A DNA stretch of 64,000 bases from positions 8,124,001-8,188,000 of the forward strand of contig CM075988.1 of the NCBI GenBank assembly GCA_038087875.1, read 5' to 3'. The notes under the pieces are model-generated. The model was not told where the DNA came from. It did not search any database and saw only the letters and a program-made list of their open reading frames with translations. This DNA is from Malacoraja senta. Lineage: Eukaryota. Made by a program: the position numbers and the translations under genes. This document shows positions 1 through 10,979 of the stretch, piece by piece (within the stretch, counting starts at the first letter, position 1; each line of letters begins with the position of its first letter).

Positions 1-2
1 AA

Positions 3-343
3 TGGGCCCGTCCCTCTTACGTGACTTTATCAGCGACTGCCGTCACCCGTCATAGGTCGTTGCAGGTCGGCGAAAATCTTCAACATGTTGAAAATCCAGT
101 GGTGACCAGAAAGACGCTACGACTCTTTGGGTGACTGAGGAGACTGCTCACGACCGTACAGGCAACACCCTGGCGAGATGTCGCGGGGTGAGGCCTGTAT
201 GGTCGTGAGTAGTCGCCCAAAGAGTCGTACCTTGTTCTGGTCACTGCTGGATTTTCAACATGTTGAAAAATTTCAGCGACCTGCAACGACCTATGACGGG
301 TGCCGGCAGTCGCTGAAAATGTCGCGTAAGTGGGCCAGGCCCA
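3..343. mobile_element. Palindromic MITE, PIF/Harbinger-like family
   Basis: Near-complete fold-back, TGGGCCCGTCCC...GGGCCAGGCCCA, followed by TTA. Termini match the other family members. Confidence 0.8.
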
Positions 344-593
344 TTAGTGTTGTGAGAAACCTGTTACACTGTATGCATCTGACACTAGAAAGTGCCAGCC
401 ACCCAGGGAAATGCATGAGGCAATGGGCATGATTACACCTATAGACACAACCTACCCTGAGTAACATCACCATTATGCACTTTTTGTGCATAAAAAATGT
501 ACACAAAGATATTCAAATTCAAGCCTTAAGATTCCAGTCTTCTAATGATTCATTTTCAGTGCCAGAGAATCTGACTGACAACCATGAACACTG

Positions 594-800
594 TGTAGGA
601 AGGAACTGCAGATGCTTGTTTATACTGAAGATAGACACAACGTTTTGGAGTAACTCAGCAGGTCAGGAAGGCATCTCTGGATAAAAGGAATTGGTGACAT
701 TTCAGGTTGGAAGAAGGGTTCTGAGCTGAAATGTCACCTATTCCTTTTCTCCAGAGATGCTGCCTGACCTGCTGAGTTACTCCAGCATTATATGTCTATC
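594..800. mobile_element. PLE-terminus fold-back element
   Basis: Inverted arms gatagacaca..gagtaactcagcaggtcagg / cctgacctgctgagttactc..tgtctatc. Confidence 0.75.
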
Positions 801-1034
801 TGAGGCATGAACGTCGAGCAGGTTGTTAAACATTACTTTCAGGTTGTGTTTAACTTGAGATACAAATGCATCAACATCTTGCCATGAGGCAGTCCATGGA
901 ATGGCATTTGTACAAAGCTCATTGTGGAATGGCTCATCTCATATGACAACATTCGGATTCTCACATTTAATCCCATGTCTAGCCTTATTTGAAGTTGCTG
1001 ATAGGATATATGCATTAATACCGTCAAAGACTAA

Positions 1035-1322
1035 GGGCGGCACGTTGGCGCAGTGGTAGAGTTGCTGCCTTATAGCTCCAGAGTGCCGGGTTTGATCCAG
1101 ACCACGGGTTTGTACGTTCTCCTTGTGATCGTGTGGGTTTTCTCTGAGATCTTCGGTTTCCTCCCATACTCCAAAGACACAGGTTTGTAGTTTAATTGGC
1201 TTGGTATAAATGTAAAATTGTCCCTAGTGTGTGTAGGGTAGTGTTAGCGTGCGGGGATCACTGGTCGGTGCGGACTCAGTGGGCCGAAGGGCCTGTTTCT
1301 GCGCAGTCTCTCCAAACTAAAC
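1035..1322 (+). mobile_element. tRNA-derived SINE (HE1/V-SINE type)
   Basis: tRNA-like head (tggcgcagtggtagag..gggtttgatcc), V-domain gtgggtttt..ggtttcctccca, CR1-like tail gggccgaagggcctgtttc plus (aaact)n. Confidence 0.85.
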
Positions 1323-1354
1323 TGTTAACCTTATGGTCATCATAACAGCAAATG

Positions 1355-1530
1355 ATGACATGATCTATCATGACCACATTGCTGCTTGTGGGGCCAGCCG
1401 GGTGCAATCCCAGAGCTGTACTTCCCACACTCCAATGGTGACCACATTTCAAAAGTCTTTAATTGTCTATAAAGTGCTCTGGGATGCCTTGGGGTTATAA
1501 AAGGCTCCACATGAATTCAAATCTTTATTT
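1355..1530 (+). mobile_element. DeuSINE/SacSINE-like 3' remnant
   Basis: cacattgctgcttgtggg..gtgaccacatttcaaaagt..taaagtgctctgggatg..aaaaggc. Confidence 0.5.
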
Positions 1531-1579
1531 AGTCTTTATACACTGTTGCAGCCCTGGGATTGGATCTGGAATTTTAATG

Positions 1580-2420
1580 ACCTGAACGTTTGGTTCCTTC
1601 TCCGGCTTTCACTCACGCCAGTTCTGTGGATCCTGAAGTAGCTGTAATGTGTCACGTGGCATCCACAGGCCCTGGAACAGGCAGGACATCCAGAGGACAT
1701 CTACAAAGTGCAGAAGCGCACAATATCGCAATCAACTTGTTGCATTCCCAACTCGTCGCATTTCTTCTGTTGTTTGCAAATGTCTTCTGCATGCTCCAAT
1801 CGCAGAGGCTCAAAGGGTCTAGTGCTTTCCTGGAAGGTCATTCTCCATTCTGAGCTGTCTTTGGCAAGGCAGTCAGTGAAGATGCCACCATTTTAAAGGA
1901 GGCTCTGAGAACATCCACAAAGCGCTTCCTCGCTATCTCTTGCTGCAGCGGAACTCAGAGTTGTGTCCTTGGTTTTGGGGGCTGGTGTAAGAGAAGTGGG
2001 CAATTTGTCCCCTCCACCTCCCTACACCTGCTCCTCTCTCCCACAACACCCACCCCATGGCTCTAGCTTGATGCTGGTGAGCGTGATCAGAACCTCAGTG
2101 GTAGAAACACTGACCTGGCCGAGGACGCTGGCTTTGGTTTGCTTGCCCTGACGAAGGATTTTGTAGTGGCAGCACTGGTGGTAATTCGTTGTGCTTTGAG
2201 CTGCCTATTGTAAGACATCCTTGCCTCCAAAGTATACAGGAAGGCAGAGATCGCTGCTATTGGGAACACAATGTGTTTGGTGAGATGTCTGAAGTTTTGG
2301 TGATTGAAAACATTTGCAAAGTGGTGCTGGTACATTGGAGGTGTTAGTGAATTTCATCATCAATGCGTGCCCTCACAGAGAGGGTGCCTTACTAGTTAGA
2401 GGAAGTTATTGCCAATTTCC
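1580..2420 (-). mobile_element. Old RTE-clade LINE 3' fragments
   Basis: Decayed similarity to the RTE RT C-terminus (VF....TK..V....I.A.LY..E....Y.R.LKA) and RKRF.D.L.AS, with a terminal C..C..H finger remnant. Confidence 0.55.
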
Positions 2421-2556
2421 AGGGATCCCGGTGGACTTTAATTGTTGGGGGAACGGTTGCCCGGGGCATAAAGTTAGAGGACCTTGGTCTTCTGGATATT
2501 TGGCATGGTGCATATTTACCCTACCTCCAGTGAGGGAGTCAGTAATAACTTGAAGC

Positions 2557-3092
2557 GAGACACAAAATGCTGGAGTAACTCAACAGGCCAGGCAGCATCT
2601 CTGGAGAATGGGAACAGGTGACGTTTCGGGTCGAGACCTTTCATCAGACTGAGAGTCGGGGAGAGGTAGGAGATGGTACAGAACAAAGCAGAGCCTGGTT
2701 CGATGATTCAGGAAAGATGGAGCCTACAATGGTCCATTGTTGGCCGGGGACGAGGTGATAATATGGATACAGTGAAATTAGCAAGATGACTCAAGTGGGT
2801 GAGGGACGGAGAGAGAGGGAATGAGAGGGAATGCAAGGGTTACGTGAAGTTAGCTAAATCAATACTCATGCTGCTGGATTGTAAGCTGCCCAAGTGAAAT
2901 ATGAGGTGCTGTTCCTCCAATTAGCCTGTGGCAAATTATTTTCCTTTACTTTATTTGCTTTTTCTTTTTTCCTTTTCTCTTATTCCTATTCCTATTCCTT
3001 TTCTCCAGAGATGCTGCCTGTCCTGCTGAGTTATTACAGCATTTAGTGTCTATCTTTGGTGTAAACCAGCATCTGTAGTTCCTTCCTACACA
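2557..3092. mobile_element. Penelope-like element fragment with inverted terminal arms
   Basis: Inverted agacacaaaatgctggagtaactc arms around a minus-strand PLE tail; ACTTGAAGC duplicated at 2548-56 and 3095-3103. Confidence 0.8.
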
Positions 3093-3387
3093 TGACTTGA
3101 AGCTTATTCACTTTGTATGCATGTCGGCTGAAGACTGTAATTTGATGACTGAGGTGAAGTGGTCTTGCTTTGTGAAGGGCGATGAAAGTTCCTGTTCATT
3201 CTGTAGATGACCTCACTCCGGGAAGGGATGGGAGAGATGTTGGCGGTGAGGTGCGTCATTACAGGAAGGGCGGCTGACCCAAGTCAACAAGTAATGGGCC
3301 CAAATCACGGGGCAAAAACGTGACGTTTATCCACACTGTGCCCGATCATGTGGAGCAGAGTGAACGCCCGGCCAAAATATGTCGCTG

Positions 3388-3612
3388 GAAGATAGCCACA
3401 AAAAGCTGGAGTAACTCAACGGGACAGGCAGCATCTCTGGAGAGAAGGAATGGCTGACGTTACGGGTCTCGACCCTTCTGGGGCTGACAAAGGGTGTCGA
3501 CTTGAAACGTCACCCACTCCTTCTCTCCAGAGATGCTGCCTGTCCCGCTGAGTTACTCCAGCTTTTTGTATCTATCTTTGGTTTAAGCCAGCATCTGCAG
3601 TTCCTTTCTACA
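3388..3612. mobile_element. PLE-terminus fold-back element with 13-bp TSD
   Basis: Inverted arms; CAAAATATGT(C/A)GC duplicated at 3373-85 and 3613-25. Confidence 0.8.
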
Positions 3613-4029
3613 CAAAATATGTAGCCTTTGGGAGCATTGCTTGTAACAGAGTCAAATTGAAATCATGCAAACGCATAAAGCCTGGGGCTTGCATTTATAG
3701 CTCTTTTTGATGTTAGCACTTTATGGTTTGAATCTGCCTAAATGTGGTGTAATATTAACTGAAGACTTCATGGTGGAGAGCTGAGGAATCTTCATGCTAT
3801 TTGATCAGGCTGGAACTGTGCACACCCTCAAACAGTATTCAATGCCAGGATGTATGTTAAAGTGGCACCAGCATCAAATCAGGGCTTTAAACCTCACCTG
3901 CTAGCCTAGACGACACTGTTAATAGGTTATTTAACCATGTTCACAGTGTTAATTCAGTGCTTGTATTCTTGTCACTCTGAGTCTTGGGGCTGTGACTTGG
4001 TCCCACGTCTGAGACATATCATCATGAGC

Positions 4030-4575
4030 ACTTCGTTCGGTCCACCAGGATCTCCTGGTTGCTCTTCCCATTCCCATACTGCCTTTCTGTCCTGGGCCTC
4101 ATTACTTGCCAGAGTGAGGCTTCACGCAAACTGGAGAACCAACACCTCATATTCCACCTGGGTAGCTTACAACCCAAAAATATGAACATTGATTTTAGTT
4201 AATCTCTAATGACCCCCCCCTTTCCCCCTCCCCTTTTTCTCCTACCCCCATTCTTCCACCCACCCCACACCCCACCTAGTCTCGCACTTATTTCTCTCCT
4301 CTCCCTTCCCGCTTATATTCCTTCCTCTGACCTCACAATTCACAACCCTTCAGTCCTCTTAATATTTGTTCATGCCTGGCCTTTGTCTAACCATCTGCCT
4401 TTCATAACCCCCTCTAGCCTGTGTTTATCTTTAATGTGCCACACTTCTCCCTGCTCCTTCTCTCTTCCAGCTTTCTCTCCTCCCCCCACCCCCACAATCA
4501 GTCTGAAGAAGGATCCCAACCTGAAAGGTGTTCTCTAGAGATACTGCCTGACCCGCTGAGTTACCCCAGCACTTT
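4030..4575 (+). mobile_element. Degenerate Penelope-like element 3' fragment
   Basis: Decayed GIY-YIG tail, C/T-rich spacer and a caatcagtctgaagaag terminal module. Confidence 0.7.
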
Positions 4576-4655
4576 CCTTGTTGTTGTGCTCTGTTTACAA
4601 ACCTGTTTTGTGCTACAAGTAAGAATGTAATTGTTCCGTTGTGTACATATGACAT

Positions 4656-4917
4656 GGGGTGGCACGGTGGCGTAGTGGTAGAATTGAGACCCGGGTTTGA
4701 TCCTGACTATGGGCGCTGTCTGTATGGAGTTTGTACGTTCCCCCCGTGACCTGCGTGGGTTTTCTCCAGGTGCTCCAGTTTCCTCCCACAGTCTAAAGAC
4801 TCCAATTGTCCCTAGTGTGTGTGCTGGATAATGTTAGTGTGCGTGGATCACTGGTCGGCGTGGACTCGGTGGGCTGAAGGGCCTGATACCACGCTATATC
4901 TCTGAACTAAACTAAAC
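4656..4917 (+). mobile_element. HE1/V-SINE-type SINE
   Basis: Same head, V-domain and tail organisation. Confidence 0.8.
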
Positions 4918-5680
4918 AATAAAACACTCCTTACTCTGCACCTTGCTGAAGTAACAAGTGTTGAATTGACAGAGGTGCTAGCTTTCTGATGAATTGTAAA
5001 ACCAGTCACATAAAAACCATAGTTATTTCTCAACTTATGTAGTCATTAAAACAGACTAAGCGTTTCATATTTTGTTGCATTCTTGCCTCCTGAGATCTTG
5101 CTGTGTGCACATTACCTGCTCTGGCTACTTACAACACCTTTGAGAAGTGATTCGTTGAAGGGGGCCCATTCTGAATGCACTCCAGGTGTGAAAGATGTCA
5201 TATACGTGCAGGTTCTTTTCCACAGGTGGAGGCACGAAAGCTTCTCCTGAGCTCGATCTCGGCCGTGGGTCTGTAAGCGGAAGCCTGTGCGTTATTGTGA
5301 AGATTAGTCACAGCCCAGGGAACAAAGAGGCTGCAGAGAAAGACAAGGGAGGGGACTTCAGTTGCTTTTATTTACCCGCGTCTATCTCTCCAGCAGTGTC
5401 TGTGAAATTGTTCTCTGAGTTCGCTAACAGGAACCAGTTGCCCAGTATTCGGCCACCTCCAAGTGAGAGGAAGCTGTGCAAATTCATGCTCAGTCACTAG
5501 GTCCCTTCCTGGGCTGGTAGGAAATGACTATGACTATCTTTCCCCAGATTCCCCTCCCCTGTGTGTCCACTGACTTCCTTAACTTAATGGATCTGCCCAT
5601 GCCTGTTACTCACAGGGACTATGTTTTAATCTTAATCAGCTGTGGCCACCCTCAGGGCAAATGGCACCGCTGGTGCAACA

Positions 5681-7705
5681 GGGCAGCACGGTGGCGCAGA
5701 GGTAGAGTAGCTGCCTTACAGCACCAGAGACCCGGGTTCGATCCTGACTGCAAGTGCCATCTGTACAGAGTTTGTACATTCTCCCCATGACCTGCGTGGG
5801 TTTTCTCCGGGTGCTCCAGTTTCCTCCCACACTCGAAAGACGTACAGGTTTGTAGGATAATTGGCTTGGTATAATTGTAAATTGTCCGAAGTGCGTGTAG
5901 GACAGTGTTAAAGCCCTGTCTCACTGTGCGAGTTGACCCACAAGTGACCCCGAGTGAAAGACTCGTGGTTGCGTACGAGACTCCAAGTTTATGATCAAGA
6001 GTTTAACCGAGTTCCCACGGGTATGACTACGTTTGCCGTTTACTTCTCATTTCTGCGATGTTCCAAGTTCGTCTCCCGAGTGTACCAAGTTCCTCTCCCG
6101 TTAATCTTGAGGCAACAATGTATACCGACCGACGTGTTGAAAAATCAACACATGTTAAAAAAATGATGTCATGCTTTTTTTTTACATACTATAAAAAGCC
6201 TGCCTTGTTTAAATTGGCTCATTTGGAAAAAATGTCTGCAAGAAGGCTATTGGAGTCCAGGATGGTGATGTTTTTTGTTCGAGTGCTGTATGCAGCAGCC
6301 CTTTATTTGCCATCGGGTAAAAGATTGTGATTATGGTCATGTTAAGAATTAAAAGTCATAAAATCAATGTGTGAAATGTGATTCTTATTTTTCAAAGTCT
6401 CTCATAGGAAACAATGAGCGTATAGAGCCCAGGGAGAGGGGGAGAAAGGGACGTACACTCACAGAGGCAGAGTCTCTCAGCCTGTGTGAGAGGGAGGGAG
6501 GGATAGAGAGACACACACACAAGGTGGATGTGAAATCTCACCTACCTGTTTCAGTGACAGGCACCCGCAGCCAGTGAATGAAGACACCTCCATCCGTCTC
6601 CCCCTCCTCTCCCTCCACTCTCCCAAAGTTCTTAGTGCAACCAAGGCAGTTTGTAGTTCATAGTTTAGTTAGCATTTGTAGCGTTCGAGAGCCCGATGGC
6701 TGTTGGGAAGAAGCTGTTCTTGAACCTGGAGGTCATGGTTTTCAGATTCTTATACCTTCTGCTCAGCAGGAATGAAATGAGAGCATGGCCAGGGTAGTGT
6801 GGGTCCATGACAATGCTGGCTGCCTTTTTGAGGCAGCACCTCCTATAGAACCCTTTGATTCAGTAAAGTTCACTAAAGAGATCGGGAATCTGGCATCATG
6901 GCTTGACAATAAAACCCAGCCTTTAACATCCGCATAATGAAAGAGTTGGTGTTGTCCTACGGAACAGGGGTGCAGGAGAGGTGAACACAACCCTGTCTTC
7001 TTCAACAGCACTGGTAGAGATGGCTTCTGAACGTGACTGGCAAACCTCAGATTAGGCTGCCATGAAGTGTCATAAAATGTTCTCACGCTGTTCCTCAATA
7101 CTGGTTTGTCTTAAGGTTGTGAGCTCAGTCCCAAATACACAAAATCAATATATAAACTTCAAGCAATTTTTTTCTTTTCAACCCACTCTGTCACCTTATC
7201 AATAACTTACTTAACTTTGTTAAGCAGAATTTGTCTTTAAAAAGTCTATGTTGGTGTTCCTTAACTGATCCATACTTATCCAAGTAACTGATATTTCTGT
7301 CCCTGATTATTGTTTCTAAAAAGAGTTCCCACGGTAGACTCACGAGTGACAAAGGTAAACGCACGGGCCACTACGTTCTTACAACGAGTTTAAAGGTTTC
7401 AAATTTTAACCTCAAGAGTACATTTTACTCGTGGAAAAGTTTAAACATGTTTGAACTTTTTCAAGAGTTAACAAGTTTCACGGGTACCTACCGTTAGCGC
7501 CAAGAGTCGCTAAGTTGCGTCCACGAGTTCCGACGTTCCCGCTACGTTAATTGTACGTGATTACTACGAGTTAAATTTGTTTTAAACTCGGGGTAACTCG
7601 TGGGTCAGCTCGCACAGTGAGACAGGGGTTTTAGTGTGCAGGGATTGGTGGGCCGAAGGGCCTGTTTCCGCGCTGTATCTCTAAACTGACCTAAACTAAA
7701 CTAAA
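5681..7705 (+). mobile_element. HE1/V-SINE-type SINE split by the 5911-7630 insertion
   Basis: 5' part at 5681-5910 and 3' part at 7631-7705 join to give the consensus. Confidence 0.8.
5911..7630. mobile_element. 1.72 kb non-autonomous Harbinger-like element inserted in a SINE
   Basis: TIRs AAGCCCTGTCTCACTGTGCGAG / CTCGCACAGTGAGACAGGGGTT, TTA TSD at 5908-5910 and 7631-7633. The SINE sequence resumes across the site. Confidence 0.85.
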
Positions 7706-7879
7706 GGTAGTGCTGGTGCCTTACAGCTCCAACAACCCAGGTTCGATGCTGTCACAAGTGCTTCCAATCCGGTAGATTGTTACCCCTAGTGCAAGCGGGC
7801 GGGAGGGGAATCGGGTGGGGGAGGTAATGACCATTATGGAGGTACGTCACAGGGATCTGTAGGAGGTGCTGTCTCAGAA

Positions 7880-8220
7880 AGGCATCATAGATTCACACCA
7901 CCCTGGCCACCCTCTCATTTCACTCCTGCCATCGGGAAGAAAGTATAGGAGTCTGAGATCCACGGCCTCCAGATTCAGGAACAGCTTCTTCCCAACAACC
8001 ATCAGGGCTATCGGACACTATAAACTCCATCTAAACTACGAATTACGAACTGTCTTGGTTCCCCCTGCGACTTGGGCTTTGTTTTGCTTTGCACTATATA
8101 TATTTTTTATTTTGTTTGTTAATTATGCTACTTACGAGTACTGTGGTTACAAACCCCTTGTGCTGCAGCAAGTTAAAAACGTAGTTGTTCCGTTTCGGTA
8201 CCTGTGACAATTAAACACTC
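7880..8220 (+). mobile_element. Rex1/Babar-type LINE 3' fragment
   Basis: DSHHPGHPLISLLPSGRKYRSLRS.ASRFRNSFFPTTIR. Confidence 0.75.
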
Positions 8221-9134
8221 TTTTACCCAGAGCAATCATTGCAAGTGAAATGAAGCCTATCGTGTAACTGGACCGGTACCTCGGGCTGTAAAGCACGTTA
8301 GCACGCCTGACCTTCTCTCTACCTATTGATGTCACTGCCTCCGCCCATAGCAGGATAAATTAGAACACCAGGCTTCAGGCAACAATCCTCATGAACTATC
8401 ATAGGAGCTGAACCCCACACACTCTCATGTCTAACAACACCCCTCCTTATCCCCTTTCTTCCCACATCCCCCTTTCTTCCGTCATCAACCCCCTCTCCGC
8501 TGTGCTTGCACCTATTTCTCCTCTCCCCCTCCACCTTCCTTCCTTCTTCTGGCTTCGCGATTGGCAACTCTCCAACCCTTTTGTCTCACACCTTCAGTTT
8601 TTTCCATCTCTGGCCCATCAAACCTTGCCCTCACCCGCATTAACCAAGCACCCGCCGTAGTTTGATCTGCTCCTCCTCTCTTCCTGGTTTCTTTCCCGCC
8701 CTCCCACAATCAATCTAAAGAAGGGTCCTGAGCTGAAATGTCACCTATCCATGTTCTATCCAGGGTTGCTGTCTGACCCGCGATGTTACTCAAGCACTTT
8801 GTGTCCTTTTTTTTTTGTAAACCAGCATTTTGTTTCCACCCTACACAGATAAATTAGCCATGATTGAATGGCAGAGTGGACTTAATGGGCCAAATGGCCT
8901 AATTGCATGCTTTATTATTTAAAGGAACTCTGCCGACATTGTACACTACCCACCTCCTCATCTTGGTGGTTAATGGTACTCTGCTGATATTGAGTGATCT
9001 TACTGAGCACAAACCGGCTGCCTTGTTTCCTGCATCTGCATCAACATCTGCAGTTCAAAGGAGCTTCATACAAGAGGAGCATTTTGGACAGGTTATGTAC
9101 TTGGTAAATAGTGACTCAGTAAGAGTAATTCAGG

Positions 9135-9420
9135 GTACACAAAAATGCTGGAGAAACTCAGCGGGTGCAGCAGCATCTATGGAGCGAAGGAAATAGGTAA
9201 CGTTGGGCCGAAACCCTTCTTCAGACTGATAGGGGGTGGGGAGAAGAAAGGAAAAAAGGAAAAAGGCGGAGGAGGAGCCCGAGGGCTGGGGGAGGGGAGG
9301 AGACAACCAGATGGCTGATGAAGGGGAGGGGACAGCAAGGGCTAGCAGAATTGGGAGAATTCAATGTTCAAACCCCCAGGATGTAGACTGCCCAAGCGGA
9401 ATATGAGGTGCATTTCCTCC
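9135..9420 (-). mobile_element. Penelope-like element 3' fragment with exact 14-bp TSD
   Basis: AAGAGTAATTCAGG at 9121-9134 and 9421-9434; interior is the reverse complement of the PLE 3' end. Confidence 0.85.
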
Positions 9421-9719
9421 AAGAGTAATTCAGGACTGGCATCACTGCATCAGTGATTAAGTATAAGCCACTGTAAGCACATCGCAGGCAGGGACTGCAC
9501 TCATGATGGGAAGTTCAGTGTGAAGACGACTCAATGATAGCATTTAGTGGTATTTAATTCCTGCAACCAGGGTATTGAGTATTTATAGACCATGCTGATG
9601 CTTAATACTTTGCACAAACAGTATGAGAGGAATCGGTTCAGTAAATTGGAACTGATCGTGATCTAATTTCAGTGGCAATATTTACAAATTTTACCTGCAA
9701 TCAATGTGCATTTCCACAA

Positions 9720-10075
9720 GGCTAATTGAGAAACATACACTCACCTGCACTGACATCCAAGTGTTTTCTCACACTGACATACGTACAGTCAATAACACTG
9801 ACAACAAACCCATGCACACAGGGAATGCACATGTGAACTGATGAGCATGTTTCTGCTAGTATGCATACAGGAGGATCATTTTCTACGGACCAATGCAAAC
9901 ATACATGCACTCTATTGCAGTTTACGCACTCCATCAATGAACACATAGTATCAAACACATTTGGTAACTTCCCCAGCCACTGCAACATACACAGATTTCC
10001 AATGACATAAACATTTCCACATTGATGCACAAACTCATTTGATAAATATTGGCGGACATGCACAGTCATGTTCAC
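9720..10075. repeat. Degenerate CA/ACAT-rich low-complexity tract (continues ~10770-10950)
   Basis: Dense acac / catgc / acat motifs without fixed period. Confidence 0.5.
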
Positions 10076-10117
10076 TCTGGCAAAAATACAATCTAGAAAG
10101 CTTACTGTGCCATTCCT

Positions 10118-10748
10118 TAGTTTAGTTTACAGATACAGAGCAGAATCCATCGAGTGATCCATTGAGTCCATGTCGACCATCGATCACCCATACACTAGTT
10201 CTATACTATCCTTCTATGGATACAAATCCTACACAATAGGGGAAATTTACACCCAATTAACCTGCATTTCTTTGTAATGCGGGAGAAAACTTGAGCACCC
10301 GGAGAAAACCCTCGTAGGAGAACGTGCAAACTCTGCACAGACAGCACCTGTAGTTTAGAGATTCAGTGTGGAAACCGGTCGCTCGTGTCCGTGTTGACCA
10401 GCGATCCCCACACATGAACACTATCCTACACACACTAGGGATATTTTTTAATTTAGACTTTAGACTTTAGAGACACAGTTAGGAAATAGGCCCTTCGGCC
10501 CACAGAGTCCACTCCAACCAGCGATCCGTGTATACTAACCTACGCACACTAGGGACAACATTGCAACTTACCAAATTAGCCTACAACTTACACATCTTTG
10601 GAGTGTTGGAGGAAACCGGAGCTCTCGGAGAAAACCCACACAGGTCACGGAGAGAATGTACAAACTGCATACAGACAGCACCCATAGTCAGGATCGAACC
10701 CGTGTTTCTGACGCTGTGAGACAGCAGCTCTACCACCGTACCATTGCG
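10118..10748 (-). mobile_element. Stack of nested or partial HE1-type SINEs
   Basis: Three reverse-complement tails (ttagtttagag / tttagacttt) and one tRNA-like head. Confidence 0.75.
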
Positions 10749-10979
10749 CTGGCCTGCTGTACATAGTTAATTTGACAATTTACATTGGCACATAATACTG
10801 CACATGCACAAACATGCAAATAAGACAAGTGAAGATCACAATATGAATCGAGACAGATCATACAGTGAGGACCATTAGGATCAAACTCTTTCCTGGTAAC
10901 ACAGACATACCCACACACCCACACACTTGGAGACATGCACTCACATACAGACAAATCTGAAATGAAAAAAAAAGGCATT

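Noticed and set aside
1035..1110. SINE heads as tRNA genes
   Set aside because: A/B-box-like heads continue directly into the SINE body; no complete cloverleaf.
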